This document shows positions 46,655 to 54,964 of a DNA stretch of 64,000 nt, in pieces (position 1 is the stretch's first letter; each line of letters begins with the position of its first letter). Below the pieces are notes generated by a model that saw nothing but the letters and a program-made list of their open reading frames with translations, was not told where the DNA came from and did no database searches. Position numbers and translations under genes: made by a program. Source of the stretch: Chitinophagales bacterium. Its GTDB lineage: Bacteria > Bacteroidota > Bacteroidia > Chitinophagales > LD1. The stretch covers positions 23,395 to 87,394 of the forward strand of contig JAHBTS010000002.1 in NCBI GenBank assembly GCA_019638515.1. Reading direction: 5' to 3'.

Positions 46655-49123
46655 TTAAAGTCGAACGAATTTTTTGGTAGCAATAGAGTTTCCTTTCTTA
46701 ATAGTAAGAAAATAAAACCCCTTCGGAATATCTCCGATATTTAACTCGTTTGAGTAATAATAACCAACCGTTCTTCCATGACAATCTGTAATTGTTACTT
46801 GGGTAAATGCATCTACAAGTACTCCTTTAATAAAAAGGTTTCCACTTGTTGGATTTGGGTACAAAGTAATTTTGCTCAACGAATTAGATTCTTCTATACT
46901 ATTTAAATGATTAAACTTAAGTTCCTTTGGGTTTGAAATAAATCTGCTGAGCGGGCCTTGGTTATTCGGAATAGTGTCTGATGAATCAAATTGGCCAGAT
47001 ATGTATAAGGAAAGACCTTCAAAAGGGATGTCGTTTTTAGAAATAACAAGGGGCATGCTTGCTAGCTTGTTACCCAACCACCAATACCATGTTCCTTGTT
47101 TGGGTAAATTCAAAGAGGTAATTACAAGCGAATCTTTTAATTTTGATTCTTTAATGTCAAAGTCAAACTCTGGCTTACTGAATTTTTCACCTGTTGCATT
47201 TACTTGATAAGCAACAGGTCTAGCCCCTGAACGAACCGTACCCCATTCCCATGCTCCAATTTGATTATGTGAGTGAAAATCAAAAAAACTAACCGGGCTA
47301 TTTTTAATAATCCCAGGTATTGCATTTTGTGATGGTCCTGCAGAGCTATTAACTATAACAAATGTGTCATCGTCCATTGTCCACATATCAGTATTTGACA
47401 TTGAGCCTGTTGGTAAGCCTGGAAAAATTTTTATCTTAGAAAGTGCCCATCCTACAATTGAGTCGTAAGTTAATTGTGCGTAGTGTGCATTAGAGTGGCC
47501 ACCAGAGTTTACTTCGCATGAACGATTATCAAATTGACTAATTATCCAACTGTTTTGACCAAAACCCTCTGCTTCAAATTGGAAGTCATGACCTGCGTCA
47601 CGATCAAATCCAAACGCACTGCTGTTTATAAGTTGAACAAGTTGAGTATCAATCAAAAAAGGCTCTGGTGCGTTTGGATAAAATCTCCACGCACTTAAAG
47701 GCCAAGAAATAGGCCATTTTGCTAAATTGCGGGAACTCCGTAATACAAGATAACAGTTCAACGGCTCAATCCATGTCATAAAAATACTATTAACATGATC
47801 AGCATCTATTAGTTGACTAGGTAGAGCATTTGCCACACTACAACTATCCCATTTCATGGGCGGAAAATTATTCGGTGGATGGATAGTGTATTGTTGTTGT
47901 GAATTATTATTTATAATTAATGGTGGTTGATAAGTAGCCACACTGTCAGCAAACCACCCAAAAAGCACCGAAAAACTATCACAAACCATTCCATCATGCG
48001 AATCAGATGCTGGGTAGGTAGCCTTAAATCTTCCTAGAGAGTCATACTGGTTTAGCTGATTAAAATTGTTTACCGCATTTATATCATCAACTGACCAAAA
48101 ATGACCTTTTTGATACCATGTTTTACCTAAATTAAATCCACAACAAAACCCTTGTCGTCCATACCCAGGAAATTCAATCCTACGCAAGAAAAATCGTTGT
48201 TCTTTACCTTTAAGATTAACACCATCGCCTCCCTTATTAATAGAATAGTGTTGATTTGAGCGACTAAAACTTGTATCCCAGTTTATAATACCAGGGCAAT
48301 CTATTGAAGCAGAAACACTACCCACTAATTTTTTAACAACCTTCAGTTCTATATTAGGTAAATGATACAAATATTTATTATGAAGAGTATCATCAAGCCC
48401 CAAAAGGTAAGGCTCTCTTAAATAATTTAGGTTCTGCAAGGGTAGTAAATCATCGAAATATACATAAACACATCCGTTTGGTTCGCAGAATTTATGACTA
48501 TTTTCAATGGAGTTAAGCTCTGTTATGGAAACATTTAAGGTTCCCAATATTGCGCTTGTTTCTGAAAAGAAATAGTTTACACCAAACAAAAACATGGCCG
48601 AAATAGCAGAGTCACCCAAAACAACATCTCCACCAGATGGTCCATAATCAGGAGATCCATACGAACAAACAAGAACACTCTCATCTGAATCATATCTCAG
48701 CATTAAAACAACAAAAGTGTCGTTATTATTTTGATAGTCTATACTTAATACTGAATCAATTGGTATAACAGGTTGCCAATTTGTTGAATTATTCGTCTTT
48801 AGGTACCAAATAGTATCATTTGCAATAGCAATAAACTTTGAATTTGAACCTGTAACAAGTACCGTATCGCCCGAGTAGGGAAGCTGAATACCTCCTTGAG
48901 AAGTACTTACAACATTTCCCACAACAGTAGGCTGTGTGCTTTTTGAAGCATTTAAAATTGTAAGCATTTGTGATTCGTTGGTAGCATTAATCGTCCCGAT
49001 CACCTTTTCATTTTGATAAATAGTGTACGAATTTGGATATTTCACCGCATAAAAAAAATCACGACCATGGGCAGTTATCATGCCCATGATCATCACTGCC
49101 ATAAAAAGGAATTTGTTTTTCAT
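46655..49123 (-). CDS. secreted protein of unknown function with T9SS type-A C-terminal sorting domain
   Basis: 822 aa. Signal peptide MKNKFLFMAVMIMGMITAHG. C-terminus ITLYPNPTSGNLFIKG...GFYFLTIKKGNSIATKKFVRL. The body matches no family I recognise. Confidence 0.7.
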   Translation of the reverse strand: MKNKFLFMAVMIMGMITAHGRDFFYAVKYPNSYTIYQNEKVIGTINATNESQMLTILNASKSTQPTVVGNVVSTSQGGIQLPYSGDTVLVTGSNSKFIAIANDTIWYLKTNNSTNWQPVIPIDSVLSIDYQNNNDTFVVLMLRYDSDESVLVCSYGSPDYGPSGGDVVLGDSAISAMFLFGVNYFFSETSAILGTLNVSITELNSIENSHKFCEPNGCVYVYFDDLLPLQNLNYLREPYLLGLDDTLHNKYLYHLPNIELKVVKKLVGSVSASIDCPGIINWDTSFSRSNQHYSINKGGDGVNLKGKEQRFFLRRIEFPGYGRQGFCCGFNLGKTWYQKGHFWSVDDINAVNNFNQLNQYDSLGRFKATYPASDSHDGMVCDSFSVLFGWFADSVATYQPPLIINNNSQQQYTIHPPNNFPPMKWDSCSVANALPSQLIDADHVNSIFMTWIEPLNCYLVLRSSRNLAKWPISWPLSAWRFYPNAPEPFLIDTQLVQLINSSAFGFDRDAGHDFQFEAEGFGQNSWIISQFDNRSCEVNSGGHSNAHYAQLTYDSIVGWALSKIKIFPGLPTGSMSNTDMWTMDDDTFVIVNSSAGPSQNAIPGIIKNSPVSFFDFHSHNQIGAWEWGTVRSGARPVAYQVNATGEKFSKPEFDFDIKESKLKDSLVITSLNLPKQGTWYWWLGNKLASMPLVISKNDIPFEGLSLYISGQFDSSDTIPNNQGPLSRFISNPKELKFNHLNSIEESNSLSKITLYPNPTSGNLFIKGVLVDAFTQVTITDCHGRTVGYYYSNELNIGDIPKGFYFLTIKKGNSIATKKFVRL

Positions 49124-49488
49124 TTTTTATTTATAATATAGGAATTATGATACGCTTTGCGCTGGGAAAAGCGATGATAATAAATCATTTTCTTTTTCAT
49201 AGCTTCTACCAATTTACGCTTTGCTTCATGCTCTTCTATCGCAGCTTGTTCTATTGCGCGAATCATTCTCATCATTCTTAATTTTTCTGAAGCTTGATTT
49301 ATTTTTGATTTCGCGTTATCGATACTTGATTTCCCTTTTTCAACGGTAGCATTGAATTTATTTTTCAATGATTCTTTGGTGTGGTTTATTGCATCTTTTG
49401 CCATTTCAGGAGTGGCAAGTGTATGTTCAACCACAGTTTCCACCTTTGCTTTTGTCCAGTTTTTTGCTTTCTCCATCCAAGATTTCAT
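49120..49488 (-). CDS. hypothetical helical, Lys/Glu-rich protein (122 aa)
   Basis: ORF with an ATGA overlap onto the 822-aa gene, implying co-translation in one operon. No motif recognised. Confidence 0.5.
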   Translation of the reverse strand: MKSWMEKAKNWTKAKVETVVEHTLATPEMAKDAINHTKESLKNKFNATVEKGKSSIDNAKSKINQASEKLRMMRMIRAIEQAAIEEHEAKRKLVEAMKKKMIYYHRFSQRKAYHNSYIINKK

Positions 49489-49665
49489 TGATTTTTTCTT
49501 GGTATTGATTTTTTCTTTAATTGCCTTTCTTCGTTCTGCACCAATTTCTTTATAAGTTTTTCTTTTCTTGTGTTTCGACCTGTTGATAGAAAATGAATAA
49601 AATATTCTACTTTTGAATTGTACTAAAAATGGGAAGCCTTCAGGAATACTGCAAGCAAAAAACAG

Positions 49666-49696
49666 TTGTCTTTGGTTGCATAAGTTCGTATCTTTG
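49666..49696 (+). promoter_or_regulatory. Bacteroidota-type promoter (TTG-N20-TATCTTTG) for the FicA-like ORF
   Basis: TTG at 49666..49668 and TATCTTTG at 49689..49696. The ATG lies 10 nt downstream, implying a near-leaderless mRNA. Confidence 0.45.
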
Positions 49697-49705
49697 TTGG
49701 CAACA

Positions 49706-49900
49706 ATGAAATTCTACGATAAATATCCACAACTAAAAGAAAAAGGTTACTTGACTCAAGTGCTCACTAAAACTGTGTTCTCAACAATGTTGTTGGAGAA
49801 CCAGCAAGTGTCAATGTCGAAAGTTGAACAGATTGTTTTGTCATTATTGAAGGAGCAAGAATTAAAAGGCGGTCAATTCTTTTCTAATCAAGGTCATTAA
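49706..49900 (+). CDS. small protein with a Fic-inhibitory [S/T]xxxE[G/N] motif (FicA/VbhA-like antitoxin candidate)
   Basis: 64 aa from ATG 49706 (the track ORF starts at 49613): MKFYDKYPQLKEKGYLTQVLTKTVFSTMLLENQQVSM.... TMLLEN fits the inhibitory-helix motif. It converges on fic and overlaps its 3' end by 39 nt. Confidence 0.5.
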   Translation: MKFYDKYPQLKEKGYLTQVLTKTVFSTMLLENQQVSMSKVEQIVLSLLKEQELKGGQFFSNQGH

Positions 49901-50443
49901 AGGCTCAAAATTTCCATTGTCAGCCAATTTCATCGCATCAATATAAATTTTTCTACTATCACCTTCTCTGTAATAGAATTCAAGTGGTTTGTATCCAAAC
50001 TTGAGAGCAACAATGTTCATCAAAATCCGTCCCGTTCTGCCGTTGCCATTATTGAATGGATGTATGCGGATAAATTCATAGTGGGCAAAAGCTAAGCAAC
50101 CAATGTGGTCTTGAAGTGTTTCTGAGTTTCGAATTTTAAAATTTAGGTTGTCAATGAACTGATACATTAGTTGCAATACTTTCGATGGTTCAGGAGGTGT
50201 TAGTTGTCCAACCGTTACAGTTGTTGTTCGCCAAGAGCCAGCCCAGTCATAAAGTTCTGAGAATGCAATTCTGTAAATTTCTAAAAGAAGTTGTGTTGAA
50301 ATTTCTATTTCACTATCCAACTCAAACATAAAAAGTTCAGCCGCAGCAATTCCTTTGGCTTCATACTCATTGATAAGATTTTTATCAGTAAGTTCGAGTT
50401 TATTCTCATCAGGCGATGGTGTCCAGTTGGTGTTATTGTCCAT
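49862..50443 (-). CDS. fic: Fic family protein (class I-like; no internal inhibitory motif seen)
   Basis: The Fic core motif HPFNNGNGRTGR is present. The track ORF begins at a TTG (50485); the ATG at 50443 (MDNNTNWTP) is the more likely start. I found no [S/T]xxxE[G/N] within the protein. Confidence 0.85.
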   Translation of the reverse strand: MDNNTNWTPSPDENKLELTDKNLINEYEAKGIAAAELFMFELDSEIEISTQLLLEIYRIAFSELYDWAGSWRTTTVTVGQLTPPEPSKVLQLMYQFIDNLNFKIRNSETLQDHIGCLAFAHYEFIRIHPFNNGNGRTGRILMNIVALKFGYKPLEFYYREGDSRKIYIDAMKLADNGNFEPLMTLIRKELTAF

Positions 50444-50518
50444 TTTCTCAAAGGTATATTTTTTATTGTTTGCAGCGGCTACCAAGCACTACTGCTAAAT
50501 CGCCCAATATGCAAAATC

Positions 50519-50564
50519 GTTGTTACCAATAAGTGAAAGATACATTCTGAAAGCTATTTACAAC
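50519..50564 (-). repeat. solitary variant CRISPR repeat 2
   Basis: GTTGTTACCAATAAGTGAAAGATACATTCTGAAAGCTATTTACAAC. Same orientation as the array, with 1 substitution (C to G at 50535, the same change as in solitary repeat 1). Preceded by AATATGCAAAATC (50506..50518). Confidence 0.95.
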
Positions 50565-50625
50565 TTTGAGTTATCGGAAAAATCTATTTTTAAGTTTTTA
50601 AGGAAATAGCTATTGTAGCATCAAG

Positions 50626-52926
50626 GTGTTGTTTAAAAAGTACTTACTTAGAATTGGAGTGCTGGGAGTAGTGTTGGCAATAGCTTTTTTGCTGCTGCAT
50701 TTTCTTTTCCCTTTAAACTATACGCCCACATATTCTACGTTGGTGTACGATTCGCAAGGGAAAATAATACATGCCTTCCTTTCACCCGATGATAAATGGC
50801 GCTTCAAGACAGAGCGGCACGAAATTTCTCCGGAACTTAAAAAGGTGTTCTTAAACAAGGAAGATAAATGGTTTTATTACCACCCGGGCATAAATCCGTT
50901 TTCGATTGTAAGAGCCATTTCAAACAATATATTTAAAGGGAAAAGAACATCGGGCGCTTCTACCATTACCATGCAAGTTGCACGTATGCTGGAACCCAAA
51001 GAGCGCACGTATATAAGTAAGCTAGTGGAAGTGTTTAGAGCCTTGCAACTAGAATTGAAATTTACTAAAGATGAACTGTTTGAAATCTATATAAATAAAG
51101 TTCCTTACGGTGGAAACATAGAAGGCGTGAAGGCTGCGGCTCTTATTTTTTTTAATAAACATCCTGCTTATTTAAGTGTGGGTGAATTAACCACGCTAAG
51201 TGTAGTACCCAACCGCCCTTCGAGTTTAAGGTTAGGAAAGAATAATAGTGCGGTAGAAGCAGTGCGCAACCAATGGCTGCGAAAATTTGAGGAGGAGGGT
51301 GTTTTTTTAAGTAGTGAAATAAGCGATGCATTGCAAGAGCATGTAAATGCACAAAGGAGATTATTGCCACGTTTTGCCCCACATTTTTCATACAGAATAA
51401 AATCTTTAGGAGGTAATATTTTTACCACTATAGATTTAGAAAAGCAGCGCAAATGCGAGCAAATAGTTCAAACGTATGTAAACGGGCTGCGCAGTAGAGG
51501 CATACAAAATGCTGCTGTAATGGTAATTGAAAATGGCAGTGGCAATGTAATTTCGTATGTAGGCTCTGCCGATTTTTACCACGCTGCCGATGCGGGGCAG
51601 GTAGATGGCGCAAAAGCTGTACGACAACCCGGCAGCACACTCAAGCCTTTATTGTATGGCTTGTGCTTTGATGCAGGTATTTACACGCCCAAAACAATGG
51701 TGGCAGATGTGCCTTGCAATTTCGATGGATATGTGCCGGAAAATTACGACAGCAAGTTTAGAGGCGAGGTTACGGTGGAGTATGCACTTGAAAATTCACT
51801 TAATATTCCTGCCGTAAAGGCATTGGAAGCGCTGGGGAAAGAAAATATGCTAACGGCATTAAAGCGGTGTGGTTTCAGCAGTGTTTCAAAACACGAAAAG
51901 AGGCTGGGGCTTTCGCTTATTTTAGGAGGCTGCGGTGTTACTTTAGAAGAAATGAGCAACCTCTATAGATGCATTGCCAATAAAGGCATTTACTCACCCA
52001 TTCATTATTTAAAGGGAGTGAAGAAAGCTGCTACAGGCGATACGATACTTTCTGCTACTGCATCTTTTATGCTCTGCGAAATACTTTCTAAAGTAGCACG
52101 CCCGGATTTGCCTGTAAATTGGGAAGGCAGCAAAACATTGCCACGCATTGCATGGAAAACAGGCACCAGTTACGGCAGAAAAGACGCATGGAGCATAGGT
52201 TTTAATAAGAATTATACCATTGGGGTTTGGGTAGGAAATTTTAGTAATGTTGGCGTGCCGGATTTAAACGGTGCAGCCATTGCCACACCTTTGTTGTTTC
52301 AACTTTTTAATACCATAGACTATAATTCGCCCAACGAATGGTATGCCATGCCGCGTGAGTGCGGAGTAAGAACCGTTTGCAGCCATTCGGGTTTAGAACC
52401 CAATAGCTTTTGCCGCAATTTGGTGAGCGATTATTTTATTCCGCTGGTATCGAGCAATAAACGTTGCGAGCATTTGAAGGAAATAGCCACCGATGCCAAG
52501 ATGCAAATTTCATATTGTGCAGAATGCCTGCCAACTGCGGGCTACAAACGGTTGCTGTTCGAGAATTATTCGCCCGAAATTATTCGTTGGTTCGATGAAA
52601 ACCATGTGAACATAAAAAGAATACCGCCACACAATCCTTTATGCAGCAGGATATTTAAAGGCAATGAACCTACCATTATTTCGCCCGTAAACGGTAGTGA
52701 GTATTATATCGAAAAAGGGCAGCCGCCCTCTATACAATTGAGTTGCGAAACAGCTGGCGATGTGGAATATGTTTTTTGGTGGGTAAACAATAAATTGGTT
52801 AGCAAGGTTAAAGCAGGGGAGAAGTATTTTTGTCTGCTGCCGGAGGGCGATGTAAAAATTTCGTGCACAGACGATAAAGGCCGCAATACCGATTGCAGGG
52901 TAAAAGTGCGGCAGGTAGATTGGTAG
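50626..52926 (+). CDS. pbpC: penicillin-binding protein 1C (bifunctional glycosyltransferase/transpeptidase)
   Basis: 766 aa. GT51 motifs (EDKWFYYHPGINP, RTSGASTITMQVAR), transpeptidase SxxK (GSTLKP), and a PBP1C-type C-terminal domain. GTG start. Confidence 0.85.
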   Translation: MLFKKYLLRIGVLGVVLAIAFLLLHFLFPLNYTPTYSTLVYDSQGKIIHAFLSPDDKWRFKTERHEISPELKKVFLNKEDKWFYYHPGINPFSIVRAISNNIFKGKRTSGASTITMQVARMLEPKERTYISKLVEVFRALQLELKFTKDELFEIYINKVPYGGNIEGVKAAALIFFNKHPAYLSVGELTTLSVVPNRPSSLRLGKNNSAVEAVRNQWLRKFEEEGVFLSSEISDALQEHVNAQRRLLPRFAPHFSYRIKSLGGNIFTTIDLEKQRKCEQIVQTYVNGLRSRGIQNAAVMVIENGSGNVISYVGSADFYHAADAGQVDGAKAVRQPGSTLKPLLYGLCFDAGIYTPKTMVADVPCNFDGYVPENYDSKFRGEVTVEYALENSLNIPAVKALEALGKENMLTALKRCGFSSVSKHEKRLGLSLILGGCGVTLEEMSNLYRCIANKGIYSPIHYLKGVKKAATGDTILSATASFMLCEILSKVARPDLPVNWEGSKTLPRIAWKTGTSYGRKDAWSIGFNKNYTIGVWVGNFSNVGVPDLNGAAIATPLLFQLFNTIDYNSPNEWYAMPRECGVRTVCSHSGLEPNSFCRNLVSDYFIPLVSSNKRCEHLKEIATDAKMQISYCAECLPTAGYKRLLFENYSPEIIRWFDENHVNIKRIPPHNPLCSRIFKGNEPTIISPVNGSEYYIEKGQPPSIQLSCETAGDVEYVFWWVNNKLVSKVKAGEKYFCLLPEGDVKISCTDDKGRNTDCRVKVRQVDW

Positions 52927-53075
52927 AATTACATTTGGTAATGCGGGTTCATAGCTGCCGTTTGTTGGTAAACTGTTGAAAAGGTGTGAGTGGAGTGTTA
53001 ATTCTCAACAATGATTCCACATGCCGCTGCCGAGCATTAAAAATTCCACTCAAAATTTATTCTTTGCGCCCTCAA

Positions 53076-54101
53076 ATGAAGATAGCTGCGCTTATTTTTG
53101 AATTGCTACAAACCCATGATTGTGTAATTATGCCGGGTTTGGGTGGCTTTTTGGCGCAAAACAAGAGTGCATCGTTGCAGGATAACAATTTGCTGCTGCC
53201 TCCTGCCAGAATACTTTCTTTTAATGCCAGATTGAATGGCAACGATGGATTGCTGGTGCATTCGTTGGCAAACAGCAGCGGCATTGCATTTGCCGAGGCG
53301 CAACAGCAGGTAGAGAAATTTGTGCAAACTGCCATTGCATTATTGCAGCAAAACGAGGCGGTACATTTCGATAAAGTGGGTTCTTTAAACTTTGATACCG
53401 AAGGGAATCTGCAATTTGTGCAACACCAAGAGCAAGAATTGTTTGCTGCATTTTTTGGATTAAAGTCTATAACTGCACTTCCGGTAGAAAGAGAAAAAAT
53501 TGAGACTCCTATAATTACCGTAGAGCCTAAAAAGGTTGGCAAAGTAGTTTCGTTTAAGAAAGCAAGACAGCGTAAGCGCTTTAATACATTTGTGAAATAT
53601 GCTGCGGCCGCAGTGGTGGTGCTTGCATTAACCATTTCCGGCATTATTGGCTTTTTAGATAATAGCAATACCAATGTAGAGCATACAGCATCGTTGGTTC
53701 CGGCTATGGATAGTTCGCACGATGATTTAAACCAAGATAGTGGTTCGGTTGCTTCTGCAGAAGTTACAGAGATGTTGCCCACAATACAAGAGCCTGCCGA
53801 AACCATAGCAGCACCGGTGGATGAGGTAGCTGCCAATAATGAGGTGGACGAGGCAAATGAAACTCAGGAATTAAAACATGGTTACTATGTAATTGTGGGT
53901 GCTTTCTCTAAGCAGGAAAATGCACATGCACTATACACACAACTGCAACATGAACTGGGTAGTGCAACTCCTGTTATTAAATTCGATAGAAACGGTTTAA
54001 CCGCTGTTGGCTTCTATTCAGCAGAGAATGTAACAGATGCAGCCACTGTGTTGGCACGTGCAAAGCAAAAAGACAGTGCCGTTTGGTTACTTAAAATGTA
54101 G
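53076..54101 (+). CDS. HU-like N-terminal domain plus C-terminal SPOR domain protein
   Basis: The track ORF starts at 52986; the ATG at 53076 (MKIAALIFELLQTHDCVIMPGLGGF) is the likely start. One TM segment, an acidic linker, and a C-terminal SPOR-like GYYVIVGAFSKQENAHALYTQL. Confidence 0.7.
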   Translation: MKIAALIFELLQTHDCVIMPGLGGFLAQNKSASLQDNNLLLPPARILSFNARLNGNDGLLVHSLANSSGIAFAEAQQQVEKFVQTAIALLQQNEAVHFDKVGSLNFDTEGNLQFVQHQEQELFAAFFGLKSITALPVEREKIETPIITVEPKKVGKVVSFKKARQRKRFNTFVKYAAAAVVVLALTISGIIGFLDNSNTNVEHTASLVPAMDSSHDDLNQDSGSVASAEVTEMLPTIQEPAETIAAPVDEVAANNEVDEANETQELKHGYYVIVGAFSKQENAHALYTQLQHELGSATPVIKFDRNGLTAVGFYSAENVTDAATVLARAKQKDSAVWLLKM

Positions 54102-54138
54102 GTTTGCCTTTTTGAAAATTTTGTATTTTCTTTATTGA

Positions 54139-54960
54139 ATGAAAGGTCTTTTCCCCATACTCTTTACTGCAATTACCTTTTTTTCGGTAAGGGCACAGCA
54201 ACCTAATTTTCAAGTATATCCTAATCCTTTTTCGCAAACACTTACCAGCCATTGGGTATTGGATAGTGCTGAAGTAGTGTCTGTTTCTGTTTTTGACATA
54301 GTAGGCAGGCAGGTAGCAATTATATTGCCGGATACATTACTTGCCGGAGGCAACTGCTCCATTACTTCAAATTTGAATTACTTAAACCACGGTGTCTATT
54401 TTGTGAAATTGGCTATGGGCGACAGTGTGTTTTTAAAAAAGGTAAGCAAGGTTGATAATGCAGTATTTACCTGCCCTTTTAGTTCCAATACTTTAGGCGA
54501 TACCATTCATCTACATTTTGAAATAATAGATTCTTTAGGCGATAGAGTTACGTATAAGCTATTGAACCGATGGGGGATGGCTGAAATTGAAATAGATACC
54601 ATACTCCCACAGGGTAGCTACGATTGGGCATTCGCGGTAAGTGCACAAACACCGAGTAGCTATGTGCAGTATTTTATGCAAGATTCTTCTAGTTGTAAGG
54701 GTGTAGTGGTTGTGGGTAACAGTACAGCGAGTGTGGCTTCTTTCTTAAATCGTGCCGATATTGCCATACAAAGAAATGGGAGCGAAGTGATACTACAGTC
54801 TGATGTATTGCTCACGCTTAATGTAATTGATTGTATTGGGCAACGGATTGTAACAACACAAAGCAATAAACCGTTTTACTTACCCAAGGGTTTATACTTT
54901 TTTGTGCTTACCGATGCTGCATCACTACCATACACCATAAAATATTGGCAGAAAAATTAG
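54139..54960 (+). CDS. secreted protein with T9SS CTD-like domains at both the N-terminus and the C-terminus
   Basis: 273 aa. After the signal peptide comes FQVYPNPFSQ...VSVFDIVGRQV...GVYFVKL...KKVSKV, and the protein ends ...LNVIDCIGQRIV...LPKGLYFFVL...IKYWQKN. Confidence 0.55.
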   Translation: MKGLFPILFTAITFFSVRAQQPNFQVYPNPFSQTLTSHWVLDSAEVVSVSVFDIVGRQVAIILPDTLLAGGNCSITSNLNYLNHGVYFVKLAMGDSVFLKKVSKVDNAVFTCPFSSNTLGDTIHLHFEIIDSLGDRVTYKLLNRWGMAEIEIDTILPQGSYDWAFAVSAQTPSSYVQYFMQDSSSCKGVVVVGNSTASVASFLNRADIAIQRNGSEVILQSDVLLTLNVIDCIGQRIVTTQSNKPFYLPKGLYFFVLTDAASLPYTIKYWQKN

Positions 54961-54964
54961 GTTT

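Noticed and set aside
53072-53836. 254-aa ORF on the minus strand, plus two shorter ones at 53106..53451.
   Set aside because: It lies entirely antisense to the well-supported HU/SPOR-domain gene. Its composition is low-complexity and Ala/Ser/Cys-rich, typical of a shadow frame, and it has no motif or separate regulatory signals.
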